Positions 19,917 to 29,936 are shown, counted from the first letter of the stretch. The stretch is DNA of 64,000 bases from Obrimoposthia wandeli (GCA_977020255.1 CDROCS010000253.1:1116001-1180000); one strand, 5' to 3'. The notes: generated by a model from the letters alone, not told the origin. A program made the numbers and translations.

Positions 19917-20534
19917 ATGAAAACACATGAAAAAATAATTCAGTTATTAAAGACCCAAGGGCCTTTAACAGCAAAAATACTGGCGAGTGAATTGGGCCTT
20001 ACCACTATGGGTATTCGTCAGCATGTACAAGGGCTGGAAGATTCAGGTGATGTGATTTTTAAGGATGAAAAAGCTGCTCGAGGCAGGCCAACACGTTATT
20101 GGTCATTAACTGATAAAGGCAATAGCCGTTTTGCTGATCGTCACGATGAATTAACCGTGCAGTTACTCGATTCAGTTATCACATTATTTGGTGATGATGG
20201 CTTGGAAAAACTCATTAGCCATCGAGAAGAAACATCAATGGTTAATTATAGGTTGGCCCTCGCCGATCGTTTTGGCGTGGAAGAAAAGCTGCAGACCTTA
20301 GCTAAGCTTCGCAGTGACGAAGGTTATATGGCAACGGTAGAAAGGCATGACGATATTTTTTGGTTAATGGAAAATCATTGCCCGATTTGTGCCGCAGCAA
20401 ATAAATGTTTGAGCTTTTGTCGTTCAGAATTACAAATGTTTCAAACGCTAATGAACGAAGTCGCAACCGTTAGCCGAGAAGAGCATATTATTGATGGGGC
20501 AAGGCGTTGCGCCTATAAAGTCATGCCTGTTTAG
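19917..20534 (+). CDS. SufR-like/ArsR-type HTH transcriptional regulator with a Cys-rich C-terminal domain
   Basis: N-terminal wHTH (GLTTMGIRQH...GRP..YWSLT); ENHCPIC...C..FC...RC; GGAGA RBS before ATG 19917. Confidence 0.85.
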   Translation: MKTHEKIIQLLKTQGPLTAKILASELGLTTMGIRQHVQGLEDSGDVIFKDEKAARGRPTRYWSLTDKGNSRFADRHDELTVQLLDSVITLFGDDGLEKLISHREETSMVNYRLALADRFGVEEKLQTLAKLRSDEGYMATVERHDDIFWLMENHCPICAAANKCLSFCRSELQMFQTLMNEVATVSREEHIIDGARRCAYKVMPV

Positions 20535-20577
20535 TAGCAATAAACCTTGTCGCCGTAAATCTCAATGAATTCGTCAA

Positions 20578-20609
20578 AAGTACGAAATAATGGGCGTTAT
20601 TTCGTACTT
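20578..20609. terminator. Terminator hairpin between the regulator and nrdD
   Basis: AAGTACGAAATAA-TGGGCG-TTATTTCGTACTT, followed on the plus strand by an A-tract. Confidence 0.75.
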
Positions 20610-20624
20610 AAAAAACTCTGCTTA

Positions 20625-22406
20625 TTAAGCACTTTCTTTATGATAATGACGCAGGGCATGTTCTTTTTGGCGGCCCTGACTAAAAGAAGTAACACGCTTT
20701 AAATAGCCAATAACTCGCGTTCCGTGATCGATGTTATCACTGCCGCAACTTGAGCAGACATACAAAGTGCGCTTATCTATTTTTTCACATTCATTACAAA
20801 TTGTAATTTTTACATTGATGCAAAAATAATTACAACCCGTTGCTGCCGCTACATTGAAGAGCTTCAAGTAAGCATCGGTAGAAAGCGACTCATCTAAATT
20901 TAAATGCAGTGCGGAGCCACCATCAAGGTATTGAGTCATTTCCTGACCATGCATTACAAACTTATCGATATGGTTTGTTTCCTCATCTTCAACCACATAA
21001 AAATAAGAGTTATAACACTCGCGTGCGACTTGGTAGCCATCTTTCTTATCCCATTTGGCATTTTTAATACCAAGATTTTCTGCGGGTACGAACTCGGTAT
21101 TAAACATATAACCAAACTCTTTTTTAGCTGCTTGATTAGCTTGGTAAATGACTTTTAATTGCTGGCTGACAAACTGCTTATATTCTTCATTATTACCGAC
21201 TTTAATTTGGGAAAATTCAGCCGCTTCAGCCATACCGTTAATACCTATGGTAAGAAATTGCTTATCAAGAGAAATAAAACCAGCATCGTAAACGGATAAT
21301 GCCCCTTGTTTTTGATAATCTTCCATCAGTTTTCGATAAGCGACTTGGTATTTTTGTACTTTTTCAATTTCAATTTTTAAGTCTCGGCCATCTTGTACTA
21401 AACGGTTCATATTAACGGTGATCACATTAATAGATCCGGTGGCTACACCACCAGCGCCTAGCGTATAGGAAAAAGTATTATCAGAAATTTCATTACGTAA
21501 TCGGCAGCATGAAGCTAATGAATCCGCACTATCAGATAAGTAGATAAAAAATGAATTTCCCTCAGCTTTTTGCTGAGCAAGTTTTCGAGCGAACTCTTGG
21601 TCTTTACACTGGCCATTTTCAGTGAGCATTGCTGCGGTTACTACGGGGAAGGTAAGTACCGCTTGTTCACGCTCTTTATTGAGCCACCCTAGGAAAAAGT
21701 GTTGTAACTGGTCAACGGTCTGCCAATTAGGTTTACTAAAATCTGGGAAAACAAATTCGCCAAACATTGAGGCGAAATAGTGTTGATCAAATAATGAAAC
21801 ATTCCAAAATACACTTTGGTAACCGCGGGCGGCTGCGGGTTGATTGATTGCATAAACCACGTGTTGTAAGTGATTTTCAATCTCGGATTTATGCGTACTT
21901 AGATAATCATTACCATATTCAATACGGGCAAAGTAATCAAAATAAGTGAGGAACTCAACCGTGGCTACGGCGCCAGCAAATTGAGCTGAAATGGCAAAAA
22001 TCAGATTAACAAAAGAGCCGCAGAAAGATTCTAAATGCTTAGGAGATTTAGACTCTCCGCCCAACTTAGTTAACCCATCTAATAGAAAGGGGTACATACT
22101 AATTGAGGTGCAATATGGCTTTAAACTGGTCTCATCGTGCACATAAATTTCATGATCTTCAATTTGACGTAAGTACTCTTTAGCTAAATCAGCATCAAAA
22201 GTATCGCGTATTTTGTCATGTACTAACGCGCGATTAATTTGCACAAAACAGTCTTTTAATAACTCAGCTTCTAACGTCGCAATGTTTTTATGGCTGACGT
22301 TGGCATTGGCATCCATTTTTGAGCCATCTGCTGCGTTTTGTGCTGAAAAATATTGTTTAATGAAATCTTTTTTATTAGTGATTTGTTCTTCGTTAAGCCG
22401 CAACAT
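20625..22406 (-). CDS. nrdD: Anaerobic (class III) ribonucleoside-triphosphate reductase, lacking an ATP cone
   Basis: SCCRLRN, TGSINVITVN, PAE, CxxC...CxxC and glycyl-radical loop RVIGYL; AAGGAG RBS before 22406. Confidence 0.93.
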   Translation of the reverse strand: MLRLNEEQITNKKDFIKQYFSAQNAADGSKMDANANVSHKNIATLEAELLKDCFVQINRALVHDKIRDTFDADLAKEYLRQIEDHEIYVHDETSLKPYCTSISMYPFLLDGLTKLGGESKSPKHLESFCGSFVNLIFAISAQFAGAVATVEFLTYFDYFARIEYGNDYLSTHKSEIENHLQHVVYAINQPAAARGYQSVFWNVSLFDQHYFASMFGEFVFPDFSKPNWQTVDQLQHFFLGWLNKEREQAVLTFPVVTAAMLTENGQCKDQEFARKLAQQKAEGNSFFIYLSDSADSLASCCRLRNEISDNTFSYTLGAGGVATGSINVITVNMNRLVQDGRDLKIEIEKVQKYQVAYRKLMEDYQKQGALSVYDAGFISLDKQFLTIGINGMAEAAEFSQIKVGNNEEYKQFVSQQLKVIYQANQAAKKEFGYMFNTEFVPAENLGIKNAKWDKKDGYQVARECYNSYFYVVEDEETNHIDKFVMHGQEMTQYLDGGSALHLNLDESLSTDAYLKLFNVAAATGCNYFCINVKITICNECEKIDKRTLYVCSSCGSDNIDHGTRVIGYLKRVTSFSQGRQKEHALRHYHKESA

Positions 22407-22953
22407 TGTTAGCTCCTTGATTAGATTGATAAGGTTCGAAAGTACTAATCTCGAAAGTATTAGCATCGAAAGAAGTAGTATTTAAAGTATTAATACCGAT
22501 ATTTTTGATAAATAGATGGTTTAACTTTTCACTGGTGATGGCATTACGAAAAACTTGATTTGTAGTAGCGCTTTCTAAACCACCTAACGCTTCATGCCAA
22601 GCACCTGTTTTTAAAAAATTAAGCTGTTGAGAAATACTTATATCGATATATTTTTCGCCCGAGTAGAGGCACGTTTTAAGGCCATGATTTTTAGCGATTA
22701 ACAGCTTTTCAATTAAAGCTTTGGACTGCCATTCGCCACCAAAAAACACCACACAACTGATTAAGCCTTGATACTTTTTGAGCCACTGGGTGAAGTTTGT
22801 ATTGGTGAGCGACATGCCATTATCTTCATGCCATAACTCAGTGCTATGGCAACCTTTGCAGCCTACTTTACAGCCAGTAATACTAAAGCACAGACTAATT
22901 TCATTCGGCACTTCTTGGAAGACAATACTCGGAGTTATACAGTTAAAAATCAT
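22393..22953 (-). CDS. nrdG: Anaerobic RNR activating radical-SAM protein
   Basis: FQEVPNEISL..GCKVGCKGCHS (CxxxCxxC), FFGGEW. Confidence 0.92.
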   Translation of the reverse strand: MIFNCITPSIVFQEVPNEISLCFSITGCKVGCKGCHSTELWHEDNGMSLTNTNFTQWLKKYQGLISCVVFFGGEWQSKALIEKLLIAKNHGLKTCLYSGEKYIDISISQQLNFLKTGAWHEALGGLESATTNQVFRNAITSEKLNHLFIKNIGINTLNTTSFDANTFEISTFEPYQSNQGANNVAA

Positions 22954-22958
22954 CTGTT

Positions 22959-23005
22959 AACCTATATATAGATGTTATTGTTTTAATAAGCACAATATAT
23001 AGTAT
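22959..23005. promoter_or_regulatory. Tandem NrdR boxes, pair 1 (22959-22974, 22990-23005)
   Basis: AACCTATATATAGATG and GCACAATATATAGTAT fit CWATATATWG; starts 31 bp apart. Confidence 0.75.
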
Positions 23006-23022
23006 TTTAGGGGGAGGCTTTG

Positions 23023-23036
23023 TTGATTTAGATCAC
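23023..23036. promoter_or_regulatory. FNR-like site
   Basis: TTGAT-TTAG-ATCAC against the consensus TTGAT-N4-ATCAA, upstream of an anaerobic operon. Confidence 0.65.
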
Positions 23037-23063
23037 AATAACTTGTCGTACTAAAATAATTAA

Positions 23064-23110
23064 GCACAATATGTAGTGTTATATTTGTTTATTCGATCAA
23101 TATATAGTGA
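23064..23110. promoter_or_regulatory. Tandem NrdR boxes, pair 2 (23064-23079, 23095-23110)
   Basis: GCACAATATGTAGTGT and GATCAATATATAGTGA; starts 31 bp apart. Confidence 0.65.
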
Positions 23111-23243
23111 TTGGCATTAACTCACTAATACAAGCTCAGTTAATGATTGATGAATAAATGTCAGAGTTATTATCAGAAGTAAGGGAAATTAATGGGCATA
23201 AAAAATAGTATTTTTAGTACCCATTTATTGGCTGTAGCGTTGG

Positions 23244-24236
23244 CTATTTCAGTGCTGCTGTCTGATCAAGCGGTCTTAGTTCGGGCTGTTTTTTCCGATC
23301 ACCTAACTCTGAGACAAGCATTCCCGCAAGAATCAACCCAGCACCAATCATGCCTTTTTCACCAAGCACTTCGTCCAGAAATACCCAAGCGGCAATGCAA
23401 GCGAAGACGGGTTCTGCAGCAAAGATAAGCGCTACTTTATGGGGCTTAAGCAATGTTTGGCTTACCGATTGAGCCCAGAAAGCGTAAGCAGTACCCAAGA
23501 TCCCAGAAACTAAAATAGCAAACATCATCAAGGGGGTAAACAATTGTTGATGCCAACTAACTGGTTCGGCATTTTGATAATAAAAAGCAGGATCAGGGCC
23601 AATAAATATAGCTATTGTACTATAAAGTGATACCGCAAAAATTTGTACAATACTTAGTGGAATGATGGGTAAGTTCTCGACGAAACGGTCGGTCATAATG
23701 ATATGACCAGCAAAACCAAAGGCGCAGATCAACATTAGAATGTCGCCTTTATTAAAGACCAATTTGTCTCCAATGGTTAACATATAGAGACCTGATGTTG
23801 CGCTAACAACGCCTATCCATACTGACTTAGGAACAGCATTTCGAAATATCAAAAAACCTAATACAGGAACAAGGGGTACACACAGACCGGTAATAAAACC
23901 AGCATTAGTCACCGTGGTAAAACGCATTCCCTCAGTCTGGGTATAAAAGCCAATAAAGAGAAAAAAGCCCAGTAACATACCCGATCTTATTAATAGGACA
24001 TAATCGATTGGCTTACTGGCACCTTTACTTTTTTTTTGCACAAACCACAGCAAAGGTAACATCGCAAGTGTCGCAACAGCAAAACGGATAGCATTGAAGG
24101 TATTTGTTGGCATAACCTCAATAGCAAGATCAATTGGAACAAACTCGACTCCCCAGATAAAGCAGACTATAAGTAGCAACATGGTTGCAATACGAGGTGA
24201 TATAGGTGTCATAGATAAGTTCTTCTTGCTGCTCAC
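23244..24236 (-). CDS. DMT/EamA family transporter
   Basis: About 10 hydrophobic segments; FIWG, NAGFITG and EPVFA motifs. Confidence 0.88.
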   Translation of the reverse strand: MSSKKNLSMTPISPRIATMLLLIVCFIWGVEFVPIDLAIEVMPTNTFNAIRFAVATLAMLPLLWFVQKKSKGASKPIDYVLLIRSGMLLGFFLFIGFYTQTEGMRFTTVTNAGFITGLCVPLVPVLGFLIFRNAVPKSVWIGVVSATSGLYMLTIGDKLVFNKGDILMLICAFGFAGHIIMTDRFVENLPIIPLSIVQIFAVSLYSTIAIFIGPDPAFYYQNAEPVSWHQQLFTPLMMFAILVSGILGTAYAFWAQSVSQTLLKPHKVALIFAAEPVFACIAAWVFLDEVLGEKGMIGAGLILAGMLVSELGDRKKQPELRPLDQTAALK

Positions 24237-24392
24237 TTAGGAGCATATAAATTGAGGACTGTATATTATACAAAAATGGCTAGTTAACAAGTAAAGCGAG
24301 GTTAAAGATATTTAAAACGTTAAGCAATGTACTCACCTTTTTACACACTGCAATAATAGCTTTCTATGAGAAATTATTGACCACTAAAAATG

Positions 24393-24419
24393 AAAAAACC
24401 ATGAAAAGACATGGTTTTT
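24393..24419 (-). terminator. Terminator downstream of mscS
   Basis: AAAAACCATG-AAAAGA-CATGGTTTTT. Confidence 0.65.
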
Positions 24420-24499
24420 ATTACGATATCGGACTTGGCGGGACATCATTGCATATTCTGGATTTTAATCTAGATTGTAAAGGCCAATATTCGTTTAGC

Positions 24500-25441
24500 C
24501 TAAGCTTTTTTTAGGTCTTTTGGCTCAATAAGATGTATATCTTGTTGTGGGAATGGAATGGTGATTTTCTCTTGTTCAAACGCTAAAAAAATCGCTTTAT
24601 AGGCGCTATATTTGGCGGCATATAAATTGGTTGTGGGTATCCAAAGTCTAATGGCAATGGTAATGGCACTGTCAGCAAAGGCATCAATACCTACTTGCAT
24701 TTTTACCTCCTCAGCAAATATATCTAAGCCTGTAAGCGTTTTTTCAATCAGAGCAATAACTTTAATGGGATTGTCATTATAAGAAATGCCCACAGACAAC
24801 TGCAGCAAGGAATCTTTTTTCGAATTATGCAGTACTTCACCAACAATATGTTTGTTGGGAATGGTGATTTCAGCCTTATTTTCGTCTTGGATAATGGTAA
24901 AAGCTAATTGCACTTCTTTTACCACCCCAGTAACTCCTTGAACCTGAATCGTATCTCCAACAACAAAGGGGCGAATAATGATGATGTTAAAGCCGGCAGC
25001 GTAATTGGCTAATAAACCTTGTAAGGCTAAACCTGCTCCTAAAGAAATGGCACCTATGGCAGCAATAAATGGCGTAACACTAATGCCTATTTTACTTAGT
25101 GCCATGATAATTATCATCACCATTACTACCATACGGGTGGTACTGGCGAGAAAGCGACTTAAAGTAACATCGAGTTTTTGTTTTTCACAAAGACGCAATA
25201 CCGCCTTAGCTATTTTACCCGCAACAGAATAACCCAATAAAAATATCAGTAAAGCACCAACCAGTTGAAAGCTATAGTTGGTGAAGAAATCGATAATTAC
25301 TTGATAAATTTGGGATACTTGTTCAATTTCACTACGTAACAACTCAGCAGGAAGGTCGATTGCTTGCTGTGCTGTATCTGTTATAGCGGTGGTTATATTT
25401 TCAGTGTTGTCGGTTTTTAGGTCTGACATTTTAATTTCCAT
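24500..25441 (-). CDS. Small-conductance mechanosensitive channel (MscS family)
   Basis: GLALQGLLANYAAG, RPFVVGDTI, IPN, IPFPQQDIH motifs. Confidence 0.92.
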   Translation of the reverse strand: MEIKMSDLKTDNTENITTAITDTAQQAIDLPAELLRSEIEQVSQIYQVIIDFFTNYSFQLVGALLIFLLGYSVAGKIAKAVLRLCEKQKLDVTLSRFLASTTRMVVMVMIIIMALSKIGISVTPFIAAIGAISLGAGLALQGLLANYAAGFNIIIIRPFVVGDTIQVQGVTGVVKEVQLAFTIIQDENKAEITIPNKHIVGEVLHNSKKDSLLQLSVGISYNDNPIKVIALIEKTLTGLDIFAEEVKMQVGIDAFADSAITIAIRLWIPTTNLYAAKYSAYKAIFLAFEQEKITIPFPQQDIHLIEPKDLKKA

Positions 25442-25472
25442 TGGAATATAGCTAGGGTGTGTAATTTAATGC

Positions 25473-26138
25473 TTAGTCGTCATTTAACAATTCAGTTAAA
25501 CAGGCCATTTGTTCTGTTAATGAAGTCATTTTTTGTTCTAATTCAGTTACTCTTTGCGCGAGTTGAGTTTGCTCTGCTGAAAAAGCTACTTCAGTTTGAA
25601 TCATTACTGGTTGAGCTAAACTCGTTTCATCAAAATCTGAGAGTAAATGCACATAACGAGAGTCTCGCTTACCTGGCTCACGTTCAAGTTTTCTGATCAA
25701 GGTTTGGCCGTTTAAGTCCTGTAATTGATTTAACGTGTTTTCAACTTCACTCACATCAGCAAAGTTAGCCAGTCTATTAGTACGTGTTCTTAATTCACCA
25801 GGCGTTTGCGGGCCTCTTAAAAATAAAACACAAATAACGGCTCGTTGTTGAGACGTAAACTTCAAATTGCCAAATTCGGTATCACAAAAACGATGAAAAT
25901 ATTTATTAACGCGAGTCGATGCTTTTTGGTCAACCATTAGTTGATTCATTTGCACCAGTTCATCAACTAGGTTTTGCACGTCACTTTCTGATAGTGACAT
26001 TACCGGATCACGATTACTCTTTTGATTACAGCCAGTTGTAATACTGTTTAAAGATAGAGGATATTGCTCAGGCGTGGTGGTTTCTTTTTCAAGCATTACG
26101 CCAATAATACGGCATTGTTCTGCGGAAAGTGTAATCAT
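25473..26138 (-). CDS. yceH: YceH/DUF480 family protein
   Basis: EKETTTPEQYPLSLN, CNQKSNRDPVM, LRGPQTPGELRTR and EPGKRDSRY motifs. Confidence 0.92.
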   Translation of the reverse strand: MITLSAEQCRIIGVMLEKETTTPEQYPLSLNSITTGCNQKSNRDPVMSLSESDVQNLVDELVQMNQLMVDQKASTRVNKYFHRFCDTEFGNLKFTSQQRAVICVLFLRGPQTPGELRTRTNRLANFADVSEVENTLNQLQDLNGQTLIRKLEREPGKRDSRYVHLLSDFDETSLAQPVMIQTEVAFSAEQTQLAQRVTELEQKMTSLTEQMACLTELLNDD

Positions 26139-26222
26139 CTTGAAGGTACCTTTATAAAATAGCTAATGATGTTATAGCAAGCTATATGCCTCATTACTAT
26201 GTTGACGTGTTTGATTGCTCAC

Positions 26223-26263
26223 AAAAAAGCCATAGCTAAGGCATTACTTAGCTATGGCCTTTT
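26223..26263 (-). terminator. Intrinsic terminator, probably the ancestral yicC terminator
   Basis: 12-bp perfect stem GCCATAGCTAAG / CTTAGCTATGGC with T6 on the minus strand, just past the displaced yicC-end copy. Confidence 0.75.
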
Positions 26264-26377
26264 AAGGATTAAACGCGCTTGAAGCTTATTTGATATTCGC
26301 GTTCTGAACTCGAACTAGATAATAAATATTTAATTTTTAAATGATTTAAAAATACAATTTCTATTGGGAACACATTT

Positions 26378-26456
26378 AATAATCCTATTTAAATAGGATT
26401 ATTGCCAAGTTACAATTTATTATGTATATTAATCCTATTAAGATAGGATTAATATA
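26378..26456 (+). promoter_or_regulatory. hipBA promoter (TTGCCA-17-TATATT) with two palindromic operators
   Basis: Perfect 26-bp palindrome at 26378-26403; 14-4-14 inverted repeat at 26425-26456; shared core AATCCTAT-N4-ATAGGATT. Confidence 0.8.
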
Positions 26457-26458
26457 TT

Positions 26459-26746
26459 ATGGCAAAACGAGTTATTGCGACAAAAGCACCAAACATAGAT
26501 CTCCCCATAAACATGATACGACTGGGGGAGTTTGTTCGCTTTAAAAGAACCTCCTTAGATATAACAATTGAAAATGCTGCTAGTCTTTGTGGTGTATCTA
26601 AACAAGCCCTCAATAACATTGAACTAGGTGTTGATTCGGTAAAGCTAGTAACGCTATTTAAAGTCATTAACCAATTAGGCATATCACTATGGCTTGAGAG
26701 CCAGAGTGCTGAATGCGCTGAGGAGATAGATGATGAGTGGCTCTAA
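26459..26746 (+). CDS. HipB-like XRE HTH antitoxin
   Basis: LGEFVRFKR..LDITIENAASLCGVSKQALNNIELG HTH; overlaps the hipA start. Confidence 0.85.
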   Translation: MAKRVIATKAPNIDLPINMIRLGEFVRFKRTSLDITIENAASLCGVSKQALNNIELGVDSVKLVTLFKVINQLGISLWLESQSAECAEEIDDEWL

Positions 26747-27580
26747 TCCATTTCCTTCAATATCTATATTCAGCCAATCCGAAAAAGTAGGTACATTAGA
26801 ATTTATTGAACCTGGAAAATGCACTTTTGCATATGATGACTTTTGGGTAAAGAATAGATTTCCAATTTCCCCGTGCATTCCGTTTGATGGCGAACCTTCA
26901 CCCTTAACTGTCATTAACTTTTTAAGAAATCTTTTTCCAGAGGGTGATGCTTTTGACCTTTTGTTAACAAGCCAAAATCTATCGAAACAAAATTTATATG
27001 CCATTCTCATTACAATAGGCATCGATACTGCTGGTATTTTGTCTTTTTCTGATATTGAGTATCAAGAAGAAGAAACAATACTTCGTGAGGTTAAAGAGCA
27101 AGAGTTAATTCAAAAACTATCGTCAAATGATATTCAAGAACTGGTTACTTGGGATGGTAAATATCGTTTATCGGTCGCAGGGGTTCAAAATAAACTGAAT
27201 GTATTTATAGATACTGATGGTCGGTTTATGCTGGCAAACGGTAAATATTCGAGTACACATATTCTAAAATTTGCATCAAAAAAATATGAAAGCATTGTGA
27301 TCAATGAGCTCTTTTGCATGAGGTTAGCTAGAGAGGTTAAGTTAAACGTTGCTAATGTTTCATATAGAAAATTTGGAAAACACGATACCTTAATTGTTGA
27401 ACGATTCGATAGAAAAATCACACATGAAACAGTTAAAAAGCGTCATATTATAGATGCATGCCAAGCCTTAGATTTACCCCCTGAGTATAAATATGAACAT
27501 AACTTTGGCTCTGGTGAGCATGTTGCGTAATACCATTCAAGCCGATCACTTTTTTGTCTTCCAGTAGAACTCCGTAAAAT

Positions 27581-28345
27581 CTAACTTGAGTGATCGGCAT
27601 CAGTCAAGGAATTTAGTTTTTTTCGCATCGATTCGCCTTTTAATTCTAACTTAATTGACCCGTGAACAAGCCGATCTAGGATCGCATCCGCATGAGTGGA
27701 TTCTCCGATCATTTCATACCAATTTGCTATGGGTAATTGGCTCGCAATTAAGGTTGATTTTGTATCATATCTGGCATCAATTAATTCAAGTAAATCACTG
27801 CGTTGTTGAGCCGTTAATGGCTCTAATCCCCAATCATCTAAGATCAGTAAACTGGCAGAGCTAAGTTTGTTGATTAGTTTGCGATAACTGCCATCAGCTT
27901 GCGCCAAAAACATTTTTTCTAATAGCTCTTTGAGTCTGAAATAATAAACGCTATTCCCTTGTTGACAGTGGTTTTGCCCAAGAGCACAAGCAAGGTAAGT
28001 TTTGCCACAACCCGTTGCTCCCGTGATCAAAATGTTTTGGTGAAGGCGAAGCCATTCCCCTTGCGCCAATGAACGGATCTGAGTTTTATCTAGTTGTCGT
28101 GCTGCGCCATAGTTGAGTTGAGCAAGCGTACCGCCAACTCTGAACTTTGCTTGTCGAGTTAGTCGGTCAATTTTACGCTGGTCACGCTTAGTTATTTCAT
28201 GCTCAAGCAATAAACTTAGCCGCTCTTCGAAGCTTTGTTCAACGTATAGATTAGGTTGTTCATATTGCTGCAATAGTGCGTCACGTATACCGCTTAGCTT
28301 TAAATTACTTAACTGGTTTGTGACTTGTTGATTTATGTTTTGCAT
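27581..28345 (-). CDS. istB: IS21 helper ATPase
   Basis: Walker A GATGCGKT, Walker B LLILDDWG, DAILDRLVH. Confidence 0.96.
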   Translation of the reverse strand: MQNINQQVTNQLSNLKLSGIRDALLQQYEQPNLYVEQSFEERLSLLLEHEITKRDQRKIDRLTRQAKFRVGGTLAQLNYGAARQLDKTQIRSLAQGEWLRLHQNILITGATGCGKTYLACALGQNHCQQGNSVYYFRLKELLEKMFLAQADGSYRKLINKLSSASLLILDDWGLEPLTAQQRSDLLELIDARYDTKSTLIASQLPIANWYEMIGESTHADAILDRLVHGSIKLELKGESMRKKLNSLTDADHSS

Positions 28346-28373
28346 AGACTTCCCTTTAGTTTGTTAATTTTCA

Positions 28374-29936
28374 TTAATGGTAATAGTTGTTGCCACGGAT
28401 ATTTTGATGGTCAATTTCTTGTAGTAAATCACCTTGAGCTTCTGGCAAGGCTTGTTTATCCAAGCCTTTTTCTAAGATGTTTTTTACTTGTTTTACTCGC
28501 GTGACACCTGTGGCTAAGGCGCGATGACAGGCCGCTTCAAGCCGTTGGTCAGTAAACTTCTTGCCTAGACTTAACAATCCCATACAAGCACGGTAGCTTT
28601 GCTCTGGGTGCTTTTTAGCTTGCATCAATTGCATGACAAATTGCTCAGTTGATGCGCCGAATTTACTTGCCCAATTCTCAAATCGCTGCGGCGTCCATTG
28701 CTGTTGCTTTTGATGAGCGATAGGCATGTGTAGCTCAAGTGTTGTGTGGGCACCTTCTCTGTGCGATCTAGGGTGAACAGCCACTTGTATGCCTTGATGG
28801 TAAAGTGTTATCAATTGCCCTGAGGCATGAGCTTCAAGCTTTTGTTTGATTAAGGTATGTGGCACTGAGTAGTAGTGCTTTTCAATTTCCACATGATAAT
28901 CAATATGCACGCTCACCTGTTTTACTAAGGTATAGCTGTAAGCCTGTGCGGGTAACGATTTGAGTGCAGGTCTGTCGATAGCGTCAAACTGACTGAGCCT
29001 TGAGCCAGGATGCTTTTTCATTTTCCTCTGATTTAAATCGACCAGTAATTCTTGTATTTTTAAGTTTAATTGACGCAAGCTAAAAAAGGTTTCATTACGA
29101 AGGCGTGCCATTATCCAACGTTCAACAATTTGAACACCCACTTCGGCCTTCGCTTTATCCTTGGGCTTATAAGGTCTCGCTGGCACAATAACGGTATCGT
29201 AATGTGTAGCGAGTTGTTGGTAAGTTGGGTTTAAATCAGGCTCATAACGACAGGGTTTTGTGACGGCACTTTTAAGGTTGTCAGGAATTACCAGCTCTGG
29301 CACACCGCCAAGAAACTCAAAACAACGGGCATGACTCATTACCCAATCTTCGAGTTTCTGGCTGTAAGTCGCCTCAGCATAGGTAGAATTTGATGCACCC
29401 ATGACCGCGACAAACACTTGTGCAGTACGGCATTCGCCTGTACTTCCATCAACAATATTCATGGTTGGGCCACAGTAGTCTACAAACAGTTTTTCACCTG
29501 CTTTATGGTTTTGTCGCATCGAGGGCTTTTGGCATTTAAGCCATGCCTTGTACTGGCGGCAGAAGTGGGTATAGCTGTAAAATCCTTCCGCATGTCGCTC
29601 TTTATATTCCTCCCAAAGCAATAACAACGTCATGGTTTTTGGTCGTAGTTCTTGTTGAACCAATGACCAGTCAGGGATCGTAAAGCCTTTTAATCTCGGC
29701 TTTGTTTTGAAGAACGCTTGTTGCAGGGAGTGATCATCCCACTTTGCATCGAGCGGCCAACAAGTGATGCCTAGCTCTGCTGATTTAGAGGCATATTTAG
29801 ATACGATTGAAGGTGAAACAGATAAGCTTTTTGCTATCTGACGATGACTGAGTTTACAGCCGTATTTTAGTCTTAAAATCTCTTTAAGTTTACGCATTGA
29901 AATAGGTGCCGTTGGCATGGTCATTCTCATCATCAA
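28374..29936 (-). CDS. istA: IS21 transposase (start probably 29924 or 29918)
   Basis: HKAGEKLFVDY, VIPDNLKSAV and PKDKAKAEVGV (DDE). Confidence 0.96.
   Translation of the reverse strand: MMMRMTMPTAPISMRKLKEILRLKYGCKLSHRQIAKSLSVSPSIVSKYASKSAELGITCWPLDAKWDDHSLQQAFFKTKPRLKGFTIPDWSLVQQELRPKTMTLLLLWEEYKERHAEGFYSYTHFCRQYKAWLKCQKPSMRQNHKAGEKLFVDYCGPTMNIVDGSTGECRTAQVFVAVMGASNSTYAEATYSQKLEDWVMSHARCFEFLGGVPELVIPDNLKSAVTKPCRYEPDLNPTYQQLATHYDTVIVPARPYKPKDKAKAEVGVQIVERWIMARLRNETFFSLRQLNLKIQELLVDLNQRKMKKHPGSRLSQFDAIDRPALKSLPAQAYSYTLVKQVSVHIDYHVEIEKHYYSVPHTLIKQKLEAHASGQLITLYHQGIQVAVHPRSHREGAHTTLELHMPIAHQKQQQWTPQRFENWASKFGASTEQFVMQLMQAKKHPEQSYRACMGLLSLGKKFTDQRLEAACHRALATGVTRVKQVKNILEKGLDKQALPEAQGDLLQEIDHQNIRGNNYYH

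Noticed and set aside
27524-27536. Similarity of IS21 end repeats (TAATACCAT) to MITE family A ends
   Set aside because: Only about 9 AT-rich bases match. The IS has TG..CA ends and a 5-bp TSD, whereas the MITEs are TA-flanked.
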